DNA of 64,000 nucleotides, from contig JAAILG010000151.1 in the NCBI GenBank assembly GCA_012026655.1, positions 1 to 64,000 of the forward strand, written 5' to 3'. A model generated the notes under the pieces. The model saw only the letters and a program-made list of their open reading frames with translations, made no database searches and was not told the origin of the DNA. Origin of the DNA: Hydrolagus affinis (Eukaryota). How positions within the stretch are numbered: position 1 is the stretch's first letter; the number at the start of each line of letters is the position of its first letter. Made by a program: the position numbers and the translations under genes. Shown one piece after another: positions 26,249 to 38,397 of the stretch.

Positions 26249-26833
26249 GGGTGCAAAAGCTTCTATGCATGTTAAGTCTCCAGTTCATGTTCTCTAGAAC
26301 AGACCCTTTAATCTCTCGTGTCCTCAGGCTGTCACACGAGTGCAGCAGAAGTTTGATCTGCTTATAAGGAAATACAGACACAATGAAGACCAGGCTGTGT
26401 TCTATTTCAGATCTGGTCTCCGAGTTCCTTGGAGGGTAATATTTACTTCCAAAGTTACACAGCAGGGGCTCGCGGTCATTCACTTCATGGCATAAGCAAA
26501 GCTTGGGGACCTTGCTGGCACAAATGGCCGCATAGTTTGCCAACAAAAATAGTCATTCCTTTGCCTATAATTACTTGTAAAATACCCAGAGACTTTTCAA
26601 TTTGATATGCTGCTATAAAAAGAAAGTTCCTTTCTGATTTCACTGAACCCACTGTAGAACCACAGTATTTAAAACTGATGATGCAGTGAATGTTTGTATG
26701 CTTTAATCGGAGGGATTGCCTCAGTGGGTCATTTTGCTCAGTTGCTGCTCCTCATATTGTATTTCTAAATTGTTTAAACACTTGAATCCTGTTCCCTTAT
26801 GAGGCTCCTGCCCTAACTGGTTTTCAATTTTCA

Positions 26834-26896
26834 CAATACAAACAACAAAAACAAAATTGCACTTATATAGCGCCTTTCACGTCAGGAGGACGTCCT
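26834..26896 (-). mobile_element. Isolated L2 3' tail (type 1)
   Basis: caacaaaaacaaaattgcacttatatagcgcctttcacgtcaggaggacgtcc. Confidence 0.85.
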
Positions 26897-29140
26897 CAAT
26901 AGAGAAGTCCTGACATTTGAGACCTGACTAAAGCTGGAGTTTATCTGTCATTTGCCCACAGCCACATGATTAAAGTGGATTGTTGGCAAATAAAGGTATA
27001 GCTATGGCCTCATTTGTATGTGTACCTAAGTGTCCCGTGTTCAATGCACAGAAGTCAGAAGAGATGACAATCATTTCATTTTGCAGATGTTGATCAGCAA
27101 AAAACATCCTGAGCAAAATGCAGTATTCAAGATTACCAATTATAGCACCTTGCTTAGATCAGCAAACGTAACATAGCTAAGAGATGGAATCTGTGCTCTT
27201 CCTAGTCCCATGGTGTAGTTACGTGCTGGGCAGAGCTCTTACTGCTAGGCTATTAACAGAAGCCAATAAAACACTTTCAAAGGAAGGTATTTCCTTCAAG
27301 CACTGTCCATGTCTTTCTGCTGATTATTTGTCTTCTTGCTGAGGGGAATCTAAAATGAGGAGAAAGCTGAAGAGACTTCTCGAATCTTGCTGAACAAACC
27401 TCATTCCTCTGACTTCTATGCAGTTGGCATTTGAAACTGACAGCTGCAAGTTGCCGATTGCACTTCCTTATCACGTTACTGACTCCCTGACCTTGTCACA
27501 GTGCACATGGCCAATTCATCAAAACTCCGTCTTAGCCAAAGGCTTGTGATGAGGGACACTTTTCATTCTGCTTTCATTGAACGTGCAACAAGAACATCAA
27601 CAATCCCTGTTTCTCTGAAGCTGTTATCCTTGTATGGGTTGAATAGCGGCTTCGATTCTAGGTCTTGGTGCTCTCCATTGCAATATATTACTGCACGAAT
27701 GGGCTGTTGCCCAATGTCCTTGTTGAATTGCAGCTTAGGTTAATCTATTCAGTGAATGTTGCACTGTATTTGAGTGAGTTCAGGAAGCTCACGACACAAC
27801 CTATTGAAATAATAGGGATAGCCTGATCTAGGACAGTCCATCTCAGAAGTGAGCAAGCTGAACAGTCCAGTGACTAGGGAGACAGTATCTGAAAGACCCA
27901 CACTGCTTTGGACCGAAAAATAAAATCCTGTTTAACAATTTGAGCCTCTTACTTTTGTGGCATTTTGATGGGGACAAGCATGCCTGATGCCTGTTGTGGA
28001 CCACTAAAGGGGAGCTGCAAGATGAGGATTAACAGGAATTAAGTTCTTGGATCTGTTTGAATCACTGAGATGATAGAGTCTGAATTGTTGCCAAGTAAAT
28101 AGTTGATGAAAAATGAGAAAGGGACCGGAGGAGGAGGGAGAGGAAAACAGATTATGCTGCTGTATTTCTTTGAAAAAGAGTCATGTAATTTAACAACAAC
28201 CTGCCCGTATTTAACACCTTTTGAGGAAAATCCTTGACTTCTTTTTGAATTTGTGTAAGAGTTCTTTGAAGGTCAGTCCAGGCAATTTGCTTGCCATTGC
28301 AATATTTCTTCAGTTAAGCATTCAGATTTGTTCTTGCAATATGAAAAATGTGTGATACTGCGACAATCTGCTTGGAAGCCAGTCTTACTGAGTGTCACGT
28401 TCCAATGAACAAGCTGCTCCTGGGTGCTGTGCTGCAGTTGCCGCTTATTCAGATGCCTGGCGTTTGGCTGAGGTACTCTCGGGATCGCAGGGCTGTGGGT
28501 ATCTGTCATGTGCCGGAAAGTGGGAGAATAGAGTTTAATGGGTCTTTCTGAAGCTGCTCAGATGTGATGAGGTCACTAGTTTAGTCGTGTTGAATGTCTA
28601 GATATTACACTTCAATTTGTTGAAATTGTTTTGTGAGAGATTGTCTTCAGTAGTTTAATGTTCAAATAAACAAACCAGGAAGTGACTCCTCAGTGTTGGT
28701 CAGTGTAATTAATGGCAGTGTAGTTTCTAAACTTAAATATCTGTGTGTGAGAGACACACTTGTACAGTGCACTTGCTAAGCAATATGCCGATTTTATTGT
28801 TTTTTTATTATTGCAATAAAATGTCATTTACATGTTAGCCCTGATAATGCGAGACCTGTTAGTTTTATGATAGCTGTTGCATGCAATAGCTTAGGTTACA
28901 GAAAGCCTGAATCAAACATCCAGAAGATTAATGCAAGCTTATATTGTGTGTCAGGTAGATACGAAGCAGAAACTGCATAGATAGTTGAAGTTCTGAGAAC
29001 CACGTCAGCTAACTTCAATTTATTTTTAATAACCCCTTGTTCTGTCAGCCAAACTGACGTCTGGGTCTAATCTGTCCAAGTTTCATCTAATGATACAGCA
29101 GAAGTGATGTGTACTTTGCACCTTTGAATACTCTAGAATT

Positions 29141-29190
29141 ACAACAACAACAACAATCTACATTTGTATAGTGTGTTTCACGTTAGAGGA
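29141..29190 (-). mobile_element. Isolated L2 3' tail remnant
   Basis: (aac)n followed by tctacatttgtatagtgtgtttcacgttagagga. Confidence 0.7.
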
Positions 29191-30117
29191 TTACACCTTC
29201 CTGAATGTTGGAAGCCTTTCAAACATAAGCGACTGTTTCTTTTGACTCAATGTGTGGACAGTAAATATAAGTTTTATATTGTAGAATCTTATAGTGAATC
29301 CTGTGGGCAGAGTGCTTTCCTTTGGGGTGAGTTTCAGTTTTATTATCTGACGTTGAGTAAAATCACAGGAGTTTGGAGAAGAATAGAAAAAAAAGTCACC
29401 CTGAGGCCAACCTTGTAATCTGTCCTATGTAGGACTCAAGGGCCCAGATCTGGGGATCCCAGGAAACCAGAGATCTATTGAATTCTTTTGATTGTAAAAT
29501 GTTTTAATTCAATTCTTTCTCTGCTCTAAATCCAGTTGGTAGAGAAATGCTGCAGTACTGCCCATCCTCACCCAGAGATCTAATTCTGACTATGGTCTCT
29601 GTAATAATGTCTGTAAACAAAGAGATCAGTTAGTATAGCACCAACTGCTAGTTTAAGACCCAACCCAACTGTCAATTAGTTACAGCTGCATATGTATGTT
29701 TGTCTTGGATTTGCGATTGACGTACTGTGTGAATATTTATAAATATTGCTAGAGTTGCATATTCCATTGGTAGCTGTGAGTGACAGTTTGACAACCCAGT
29801 TGACCTGAGCTGCCTCGCAGGAGATTGATCCAAGGCTACTATCAACGCCTGATACCCATTTCTTACTGTTTCCTAAAAAAAACTCTGCGTGGGCTAGTAA
29901 AGGACTGTGGTACATTCAAACTACAGGAGATCCCGTTTGATTTAGATGCTCCTGATATTGAATGAGTGTGGTCTTCATGGCGACGCAGCATAAACTGGCA
30001 CAGGAGGATGATTCTGTGAGACTTAAGGAATGTGCTGACAACGTCCCCTTTTTATGAGGTGAGTATTTCCCCAGTGCAAGCTTCTTTCGTCTGGACCAAC
30101 CAATCTCTGTCTGGCAT

Positions 30118-30358
30118 CAAAAACAGAAATCCCTGGGGACGCTCAGCAGGTCAGGAAGCATCTATAGAGAAAGGAGAGTGATTCAATATTTCAGGTCCAA
30201 ACAGTTCGTCAGAACAAAGTTCCCTTGTGCTGACCAAGTGTCGTGGACCCAAAATGTGTTGTGGACCCACTTTCCTTTCTCCATAGGTGCTGCCTGACCT
30301 GCTGAGTATTCCCAGCCATGTCTGTGTTTGTTTCAGATTTCCAGCATCTGCAGTTTCT
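30118..30358. mobile_element. Penelope-like palindromic element, copy C (most complete)
   Basis: Left arm aaacagaaatccctggggacgctcagcaggtcaggaagcatctatagagaaagg, right arm cctttctccataggtgctgcctgacctgctgagtattcccagccatgtctgtgttt, then ttcagatttccagcatctgcagt. Decayed hammerhead-like cores lie on both strands at the centre. Confidence 0.75.
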
Positions 30359-31499
30359 TAAGTTCTGTCTGGCAACATACTGATTTATTGTAGATTGAGT
30401 ATAACCTGTACTTTATCCTATGGATGATTTAGGATAGGGTTGAGAGTATAGCCTTCAATGACCCCAGTCAAGTTATTGACTGTACAGCACCACATTTAAC
30501 GTATTTACTCATTACCAGTGAACATTGTTGCAATAATGTTAAATGACCTTATATTGCACATGATATCCATTTGGTATAACATGTAGGCCATCTGTTGGCC
30601 TGTCATATCTTGTCCATCTGAGACAGTTTGATGGCTGTAAATTGCAAAACGCATGTTGATGAGAAGCGATGGGTGTGTTGTCAGGACATCTGTTAATTTA
30701 TACATGATCTGTGGTCGACTGTGTTTAAGGCTTGAAACCGCTTCCCTGTTGTAGGTCACAATGGACAGCATCATCACTGTTTGTAGGCGTATTGTGCAGC
30801 GAGTGAGAAATAGACTCTCTGGGCTGGGCTGATCTGAACTGTGTTGCAAAAGAACTAAATAATTTATAATACAAATTGAAGTACCTAAATCACTAGAGAT
30901 TACGTTCAGTAATAATCCTTGAATTGGCTATAGCTGAAATTATGGGAATGTCTGATTGTACTTCACAAGGTTTCTGTAAAGTGTAGTGATCGTGTATTAG
31001 AAATGTGATCTTTGAGAAAAGGCTTGATTTCTATTGGGACTTTGAAGACCCAAGTCTTGCCCTTGCTTTCCAGTGCTGATGTTCTCCTCTCTTGGCGCCA
31101 TTAGTTCTTGGATTGGAAAAAAGTGCGAGACAGGGCAGGAGTGTTAACCAGCAAGCCTTTTCAGAGCCTGTCGGTTTCTGAGATTCCCATCTCCAGTCCA
31201 GATGCGCACAGACCTTTCATCATAAACTTCTAACACTTCAGAGATGATTCTGAAACTCCTTGAATTGGTAGTGAAAATTTGAGGCTTCTATTGGGTTGTT
31301 TTGATAGAAAAACATTAAATGTGTGAACTACGGCGTTGTTCCTCCAAAAACGTATGGCATACAGGAAATTGCTTCACTTTTCTTAGTGTGGGGAAAGTAA
31401 GTTGAAGTGATTTGTGGAGTTTGTGAAGTTGGGACCTGTGCATGTGTGCAGAATGATCTTTAACACCGAATTTTCGTTTGTTGCTGGACTCAGCTTCTC

Positions 31500-31612
31500 A
31501 GCCACAAAATACAGTCCAATCACTTTACAATATGTTGTGTGAAATGCTTTTTAGACATTTCAAACACATAATCAAATGCAAGGATCAATGCAAGGATCAT
31601 TATTAGTAGTAT
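31500..31612 (+). mobile_element. SINE 3' fragment with a small tandem duplication in the tail
   Basis: ccacaaaatacagtccaatcactttacaatatgttgtgtgaaatgc..aatgcaaggatc aatgcaaggatc attattag. Confidence 0.8.
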
Positions 31613-34600
31613 TAAGCAATTTGCACTGATGGATAGTGATTTTATTGGAAAACTGGAGCAACTCTCTGCCCTCAGAAGGGTGAAATCAAAGTAAATTCAG
31701 TCACAAACTAAAAATCTAGAAGCTATATAGAAGCTTGGGACTTCTGCAATGTTCTGTAATGCACTGCACTCTCATTCTGACTGCTTGCCAAAAGAAGGCT
31801 CTAAACATTAAAACATTCTCGCTACAAGTCCCTTGATGTACTTTCTGTTTCGCTCCTCAACGACACCACTTAATCCCATTCAAGATGATCATATTTTAAA
31901 TATTCCTTTACGCTGTGAAATTGACTTTCATGAACCATTAATGCACAGTTATTACCCTACAGACTATTTGTCGGTGATTCAAGATTTCTCAAATGGCTCT
32001 GAAAAGGCTTGCTGGTTTATTTTCCTTGCTAAGTTATTTTATGCATTCTCCTATATATCTCTCTCTCAGGTCTCCCTACACTATATCACAGCCAAGTGAA
32101 ACACTTATCTTATCTTAGCTAATTGCTGTAAGTATCTGCCAGTACTATCTTATTTCTTCTGGCTTCTCCTCCCATCTCCCATCGGGGATGATGTTCCTGG
32201 ACCTGCTCTGCTGCTGGGGAAGAATTCTCAGTGTGAGTGATCATGGGTAGGTACCCCACAGTGTAGTGGGTCTGACCTGCACTGCACCCAAGCTGTTTCT
32301 AATGGCAATGATTAACCTCTGACCTGTTGGGAAGCAGGCAGCAGCAGAAGGCATGATGCCATAAGGGCTCCACCTAGAGATACCGAGCCATCCTCAATGT
32401 TCACATGTAATTGTTGCACAGATGGATAGGGCTGCAAAGATGGCTGCTGGGAGGTGGCTGGGTTAGATATATATATATATATCTATATATATGTAGACCC
32501 TGCAGCAGGTCTACATTCAGCAGCTACCTGGCAAACATTAGCAACCCATTCTGGGGATAATTATCTGCCTAATTTCAATCCGCAAAATGTACACTGATTT
32601 ATCTCGATGCTTATTGGATCACTAAACCCACGGATTAGGATTATAAGAAGTGGTTGGCTAACGTGTCTCATGGTAAAGAAATGTGTTTGTAATCTGCTAC
32701 AAACAGCAATAAATGCCCATGAATGGACAGTTGTTGCAGATTAAGGAAATTGCATAAATAATTGGGATTTCACACCTGTGTGAAAAAGCCACATCGACTG
32801 TACAGTACAGCAGCTGACATCTGACTGTCAGTGGCAGAGCACATGACACTGGGTGTGTGCGAGCTTTACTAGAGGGTGTAGCTTCTTGTAAATGTTTTAA
32901 AAGAACGTGAATTCTGTGACCATGAGCTCTGCCATCAGCCACACGACTTATTTCCCCAACCGTGCATGGTCTGTAATGTCTTGAGCTGAATCTTCGTTAG
33001 TTTCGAGGTATGTGACATTTGATCCTTTGAGCAATAAAATGAGGTACAGAATCCAAATCCAAATCTTGGGTCAATGGCCAGAGATATCAGACCTGCCTTG
33101 TCACCATTATAAAATCGATTGCATATCTATTTGAACTTGCTGCTGTGGATTGGAGGTGGGGATGAGAGGTAATACCAGTCTGATTTGGCAGAGAGGGGGT
33201 GGGGAAGCATGTCAGTAACAGTGTCAAGAGTTCAGAGCACACGCTAGTTACAGCAGTTGGTGGCACAATATGAACCCCCGATTGTGTTACTGCCTTGGAA
33301 CACCCTCCTTTTCTTTCAGTCTACGGCAGCTGTTAAGATTAATAGGTTTTAATCGGGCGCAAGTTGTAGCCGGCTTTGAACCTTATATTCGTATCCCGTG
33401 GGACTTGGGTCAGGGTTAAGCAGCACTCACAACAGTAACTAATTTGATGAACAGCTGCATGTTGTCACAGGGCGACCGGCTTATTTAGGAAAGGTAAAGC
33501 TGCTCATAAGACTCTTTTTGTGCGTAAAGGGCATCTTTCTGTATGCAGCAATGTGGTACTTTGGTACTGACCAGCAGGAGGGAGCCTGCTCCCACACATA
33601 AGCTGTTTATTTGTTTAGCTTGGCTGCACTTTTCTGTTGTTAAAGCTTTTTGATAGTTATAAGAGGGAGGATTACAGTGGTTTACTCCTGGTGGGTGATG
33701 TCAAATCTCCTGCTTGCTTATTGCTGCCATCATTCTTCAGTAAGGTTTACAACATTTACATTACTGCATCTCATCAGCTGAGCACCAGTGGCTCCCAAGC
33801 TGATGATGGTGGCTTTCTATTACGTGCTTGAGTTCCCCAACACTCTGCTGTGCCGCAGCTCCCGCAGATTGCGTTATATGAAGCGATATTGCGATGTGTT
33901 GTGGTTTCACATTTGGATTTCTAGTAAAAGCCCCTGTGCTCTTTGGGGGAAATGGCAAGGGTTTTGTTCAGCCAAATTGGGTCCATGGTGACATGACTGG
34001 TAAATGAGAGTAGAGCTGAATCAGTGGTTCTGTATCTGCGGCAGGCAGGTCCACAGGGCCCAGCTTATGTATAAGTTGCCGGTCGGCCTCCCCGCCTCCT
34101 CTCCTTAGTGAAACAAAAGTCTCAGTGGGGAAGTGGATTTATGATAGCTTAACAACCTTACAACTCACAGAATTGGAGTCAGTTTGGTGCCAACCTTGGT
34201 GAACTCTTCTATGAAAAGACCTGTTTGCCTCATAGGGCTGTATTTTGTTCCATAAAATGTTGCCAGTTTCCAGTGCTGAATGGGCTCAATGTCTTGCACA
34301 TTATTAGATTGGGATTTGGAAAACCATGGGAAGGTTGCAGGTTTGATAAGCTTCCTGTGAATTCTGTCGGGATTGTTTTGTGGGGTTTCTATCGACCTTC
34401 GCCTTCGAGCTGAAGATGAACAAAACGAAATAGGTTCAGTACCTGAGATATGTTAGATCTGTGCTGGTCCAGTGAAAGATGAGATGGTTTGACGTATTGT
34501 GGTGCAGTAGCGCCACTTACTGGAGCAGATTAGACATGGCCTTGTGTTTGTTATGGATGAGTTCACCTTGAATAATTTAAGGCCATACTTCATTTCCCGT

Positions 34601-35500
34601 AATGGGCACCGTTCAGATGTCAACTGCACAGACTTGTGCTGAAAAAAAATGTCATCAATAAGGAAGCTGTTTTTCCCCCCAATAAATATTATTGTATCAT
34701 ATATGAACCGGGCTGGAGGAGACAGTAACATGAATTGTTACAGCTTTTCAGCATGTCTCAGGGGAACTCGGCTTTCAGCGGAAGGTTAAGGTTCAGAGGG
34801 ATTTGCAGCTTTCCATTTGCTGCAGAGTGAAGCATTCCGACAGCTTTCTAGATCCAATCTAGTCATATGTTGCTGCTCTCTTGTGACCCTGAATGTGAGT
34901 TCTGCGGTTGTGTTTTGCCTTCACTACAAGACTGATAAAGAGTAAATATTTAAAACATCCGTACCCTTTCAGGGCGGTACTTGAGGGGAAATTGAATCTT
35001 CCCAGCAAAAGGATAACAATGGAAAAACAAACTTGCCTTTTGATATCACAAGCCGTTTGTAGAACTGTTGTGTGTTGGTTAGCTGTGGGAAATGTTTGAA
35101 GAATTTCTTTTTGGCAATTTGCCTGTGCCCAGCAGGTGACTCGTGAGACTTGTCTAAAGAACAATTCTTATTTGTCTTGGAATGTTAGCGTTTGCATCAC
35201 CCACCATTTGCTGTGTGAAAGAGTAGACAGCCAGGTCTCAGACAGACCTCTGCCAACTGTGCCTGCGAGGAGCTGTGTGATTGGCTCCTGAACTCCTCCC
35301 TGTGAGAAGTGGCCGGCTCTCTACTCTGGGCTTTCCTCCATCAGCCCGACAGGCGCATGTAACACAGTGTGCCAATGCTCCCACCAAACTAGTGCCATTT
35401 TTAGTGTCTTCATCTAATGACCTGAGGAGCCTGACTCCTGGTTTCATTACATTGTACTCCAATATACATTCAAGTGGTCTGAGAGCAATTCTACAAGATG

Positions 35501-35600
35501 NNNNNNNNNNNNNNNNNNNNNNNNNNNNNNNNNNNNNNNNNNNNNNNNNNNNNNNNNNNNNNNNNNNNNNNNNNNNNNNNNNNNNNNNNNNNNNNNNNNN
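35501..35600. other. Assembly gap (100 N) abutting a poly-C run
   Basis: Exactly 100 N followed by C19. The true length is unknown. Confidence 0.99.
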
Positions 35601-36656
35601 CCCCCCCCCCCCCCCCCCCAAACATACACACACACAACTTTCTAGCTAACAGCTGTAGCCAAAATTGAGGAAATCTCAGTATTGAGATTTCAGTGTGTGT
35701 GGTCAGTGTGAGGATCTGCTCAGACAGAGGCTGCCATCTCCTGGTTGAACACGAGGAGCACTGGCAATATGAGATGTTTGAAATAAAGCTTTTTTTATTT
35801 TGCTTTGCTGGCTACAACATTAATAAATAGCGAGTTCTACTGGGAGCTGTAAGACTTTGAGTCAGAGATATGGTTTAATCTGTGCCTCTCGCTCATTCTG
35901 TATTAAGTACTGAAAAGCATCGTACTGTGGTAGTGATTCATTCTTTTATTATCAGAACACTTCTGCTCAGAACAGGGGAGAGATTTGTAACTCCAGTACA
36001 AAGTGGAACCTATAGAAAATGATGAGTGCTCCTTGAATTATTGTAGTTTCTGCACATTATTTCCATTGTATGAAACTTGGAGATTGCCTGAATCGCATTT
36101 TCTTCCCCTCCATCATCCCCTCCCAACAGTCCCAAGTTCTAATAGTTTGTTTTCATTCTGAAGATCTTGGTAACCTATCAAAGCTTGCTGAGAATACGGA
36201 GAAAATTGAAAAGCTACCTTAAATCATACCTTTTTATATTGGGGTACAATGGGCTACTGACACTTTAATGCTACGTAGGGTACAGCCGATTAGTTAATTC
36301 CATGACTGCTGTCTGAATTTCAACCTCCAACAAGAAATGCTCTAGAATGCTTTGCACTGAAATGCAGGGCTGATATATCACATGGAAAAAATGGCGGTGG
36401 TTCTGATTTTTGATGGTACCCCATCAAATAGACATACTCTCTGTGACGCAGATCTAAGTTACACAGGGAGGGGAGGTGGCAACATGTATGTATTGAGGGC
36501 ATGTGGGAAGGATAGTGTGCAGTGTGGAGGTGGTGGAGAAAGAGGTAAAAGTGGGTGATGGAAAATCATGGTACATGGTTGTGGAGAATACTTGTATAGT
36601 GCAATGGATTGTTTTGCTGCTGAAATGAATCCCGCAAATGCACACCAATCCTTTAA

Positions 36657-37018
36657 ATAATAATCCTTACGTTTGATATGATGCTTCTCAAGTCTTCTGG
36701 ATGTCTCAATGCACTTCACAGAATATACTGCAAAATTAATTGACTGTATATTTGTGGGCAAAATGTGGCAGCCAATTGCTCACAGCAGTGTCCCACAAAC
36801 AGTCGTGGATATAGTGATCAAATTTTTTTTTGAGGGATTATTATACTCGGAAAAGCAATGCCCCAAATTGGCTAACTACTGGGTTCCTACTTACTGACAG
36901 GTAAACAGATGCGGGTGGAGTAAGGAAACCTGCCCAACATTTCGCCCTGCTGGGAATAAAACCCAAGGACTCTCGCTAGATCGGCGAGTGCTCTAACCAC
37001 TGAGCTACAGACTCCAAA
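36657..37018 (-). mobile_element. Full-length tRNA-derived SINE, long variant
   Basis: Reverse complement starts tttggagtctgtagctcagtggttagagcactcgcc (intact A box), then gggtttattccc (B-box position), body and (tta)n tail. Confidence 0.92.
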
Positions 37019-37334
37019 GTCTTTTGTTGATTTTCAAAATCTGACCTCAAAACCTGACTCCAACTGACCAGTCTCATACCAGTAGTCACAGTTGGTGGCT
37101 GTGTAAGACAGCATAAGCGATGTGACCTCTGATTACCTTCCCTTTCCCCACGTCCTGTTCGGGTAGCTTAAATGTGCTTTTCAGCTGCAACTGATCCAGG
37201 CACATTGACACTGTGCGTTGGGCAGAGTGTGACTGTGTGTGGCCATCGGCCAAGACAGAGATTTCCACCCGGGAATTTGAATCGCTGGAAGCGTGTGTGT
37301 TGCCAGGCCACTCCTCAAACTAATCTTTCGCGGA

Positions 37335-37482
37335 GCAAGTTGGGCAAGTTTCCTTACTTCCACACGCCTGATAATAATTACACAAAAAAAAAAAAAAATT
37401 GGTCATTTCAATCCAGGGCTGTTTGTAGGACACTGCTGTGCGCAATTGGCGGACGGGTTTCAAATGCAAGGATTTTTATTAT
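37335..37482 (+). mobile_element. SINE fragment (headless, internal deletion before the tail)
   Basis: ttgggcaagtttccttacttccacacgcctgataataa..ggacactgctgtgcgcaattggcg joined to caaatgcaaggatttttattatt. Confidence 0.88.
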
Positions 37483-38207
37483 TAGCTTTGGTTGATGCTT
37501 GCACTCGCTGTTCCTCTTGTCGACTTTCTCTAAAGCTTTGTTTATAAGCTATTTCCTGGTATTCTTCAAAGGCTTTTCCCAAAGCTCTGTTGAAGTAGCG
37601 ATCAAAGATATTTGTATTTATTGTTATTTCCTTGCTGTCTATTGTTACCATTATTATGAAATTTACACAATGTTGTATAACCAGACAAACTGTTTTGCTT
37701 CCTGTGGGAAAACCTTGGCAAACGTATAACAAAACAATGTGGTGCCAAACAAATACACAAAAGCCTTTAAAATGTGATCTGCGTTAGCCATTTTAAAATC
37801 CATTACCCTCCACCACTGATATTCTAAGTGAAACCACTAAATTCAAACAAAAAATCCTACAGCAGAGAAGGAAGGGTTCAAAGGACGTGTTTCCTGCCAC
37901 CCCCTTTGCTACTCTTGCACAATTTAAAGGAATCTCAAGAGCTGAGAAGAGACACAGCATGAAATTTGTCGGGCTGTAACTTTGAAAATAGGCAAGCGTT
38001 TTCTAATGTCCAGCAATTGGAACAGTGTGCAGACATCAGAGGGAAGTCTCTGGCTTGATCTTTAATAGATTAACTGAATAATCTATTACCATCTGAACTT
38101 TATTAAGAGCAGCCTCTACGGTTTTTCAGTCCAGTATCTGTTATCCTTGGGACGCTGACTTGTCATCCAAGATCTCATTCGTTATCACCTGGAACTCTCT
38201 CTCTCTC

Positions 38208-38397
38208 CCCTAAAAGGTTGTGGATGGTGGATCTATTCAAGAATGAGGTGGATAGATTTTTGTTCGGTCAGGGTATCAAAGGATATGAGACAAGGCCGGG
38301 TAATTGGAGTTGAGGTATAGATCAGCCATGATCTTAGAGAATGTGGAACAAGTTCCAGGGGCTGAATTCCCATGGTCCTATTAGTATAAACGTTCCT
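38208..38397 (+). mobile_element. CR1 LINE 3' end
   Basis: tattcaagaatgaggtggatagatttttg..ggtatcaaaggatatg..ggagttgaggtatagatcagccatgatctt..aggggctgaat, a typical chondrichthyan CR1 3' UTR. Confidence 0.85.

Noticed and set aside
35238-35649. ORFs spanning the N run
   Set aside because: Artefacts of the assembly gap.
36960-37018. tRNA gene
   Set aside because: The A/B-box head runs straight into the SINE body and tail, and there is no complete cloverleaf.
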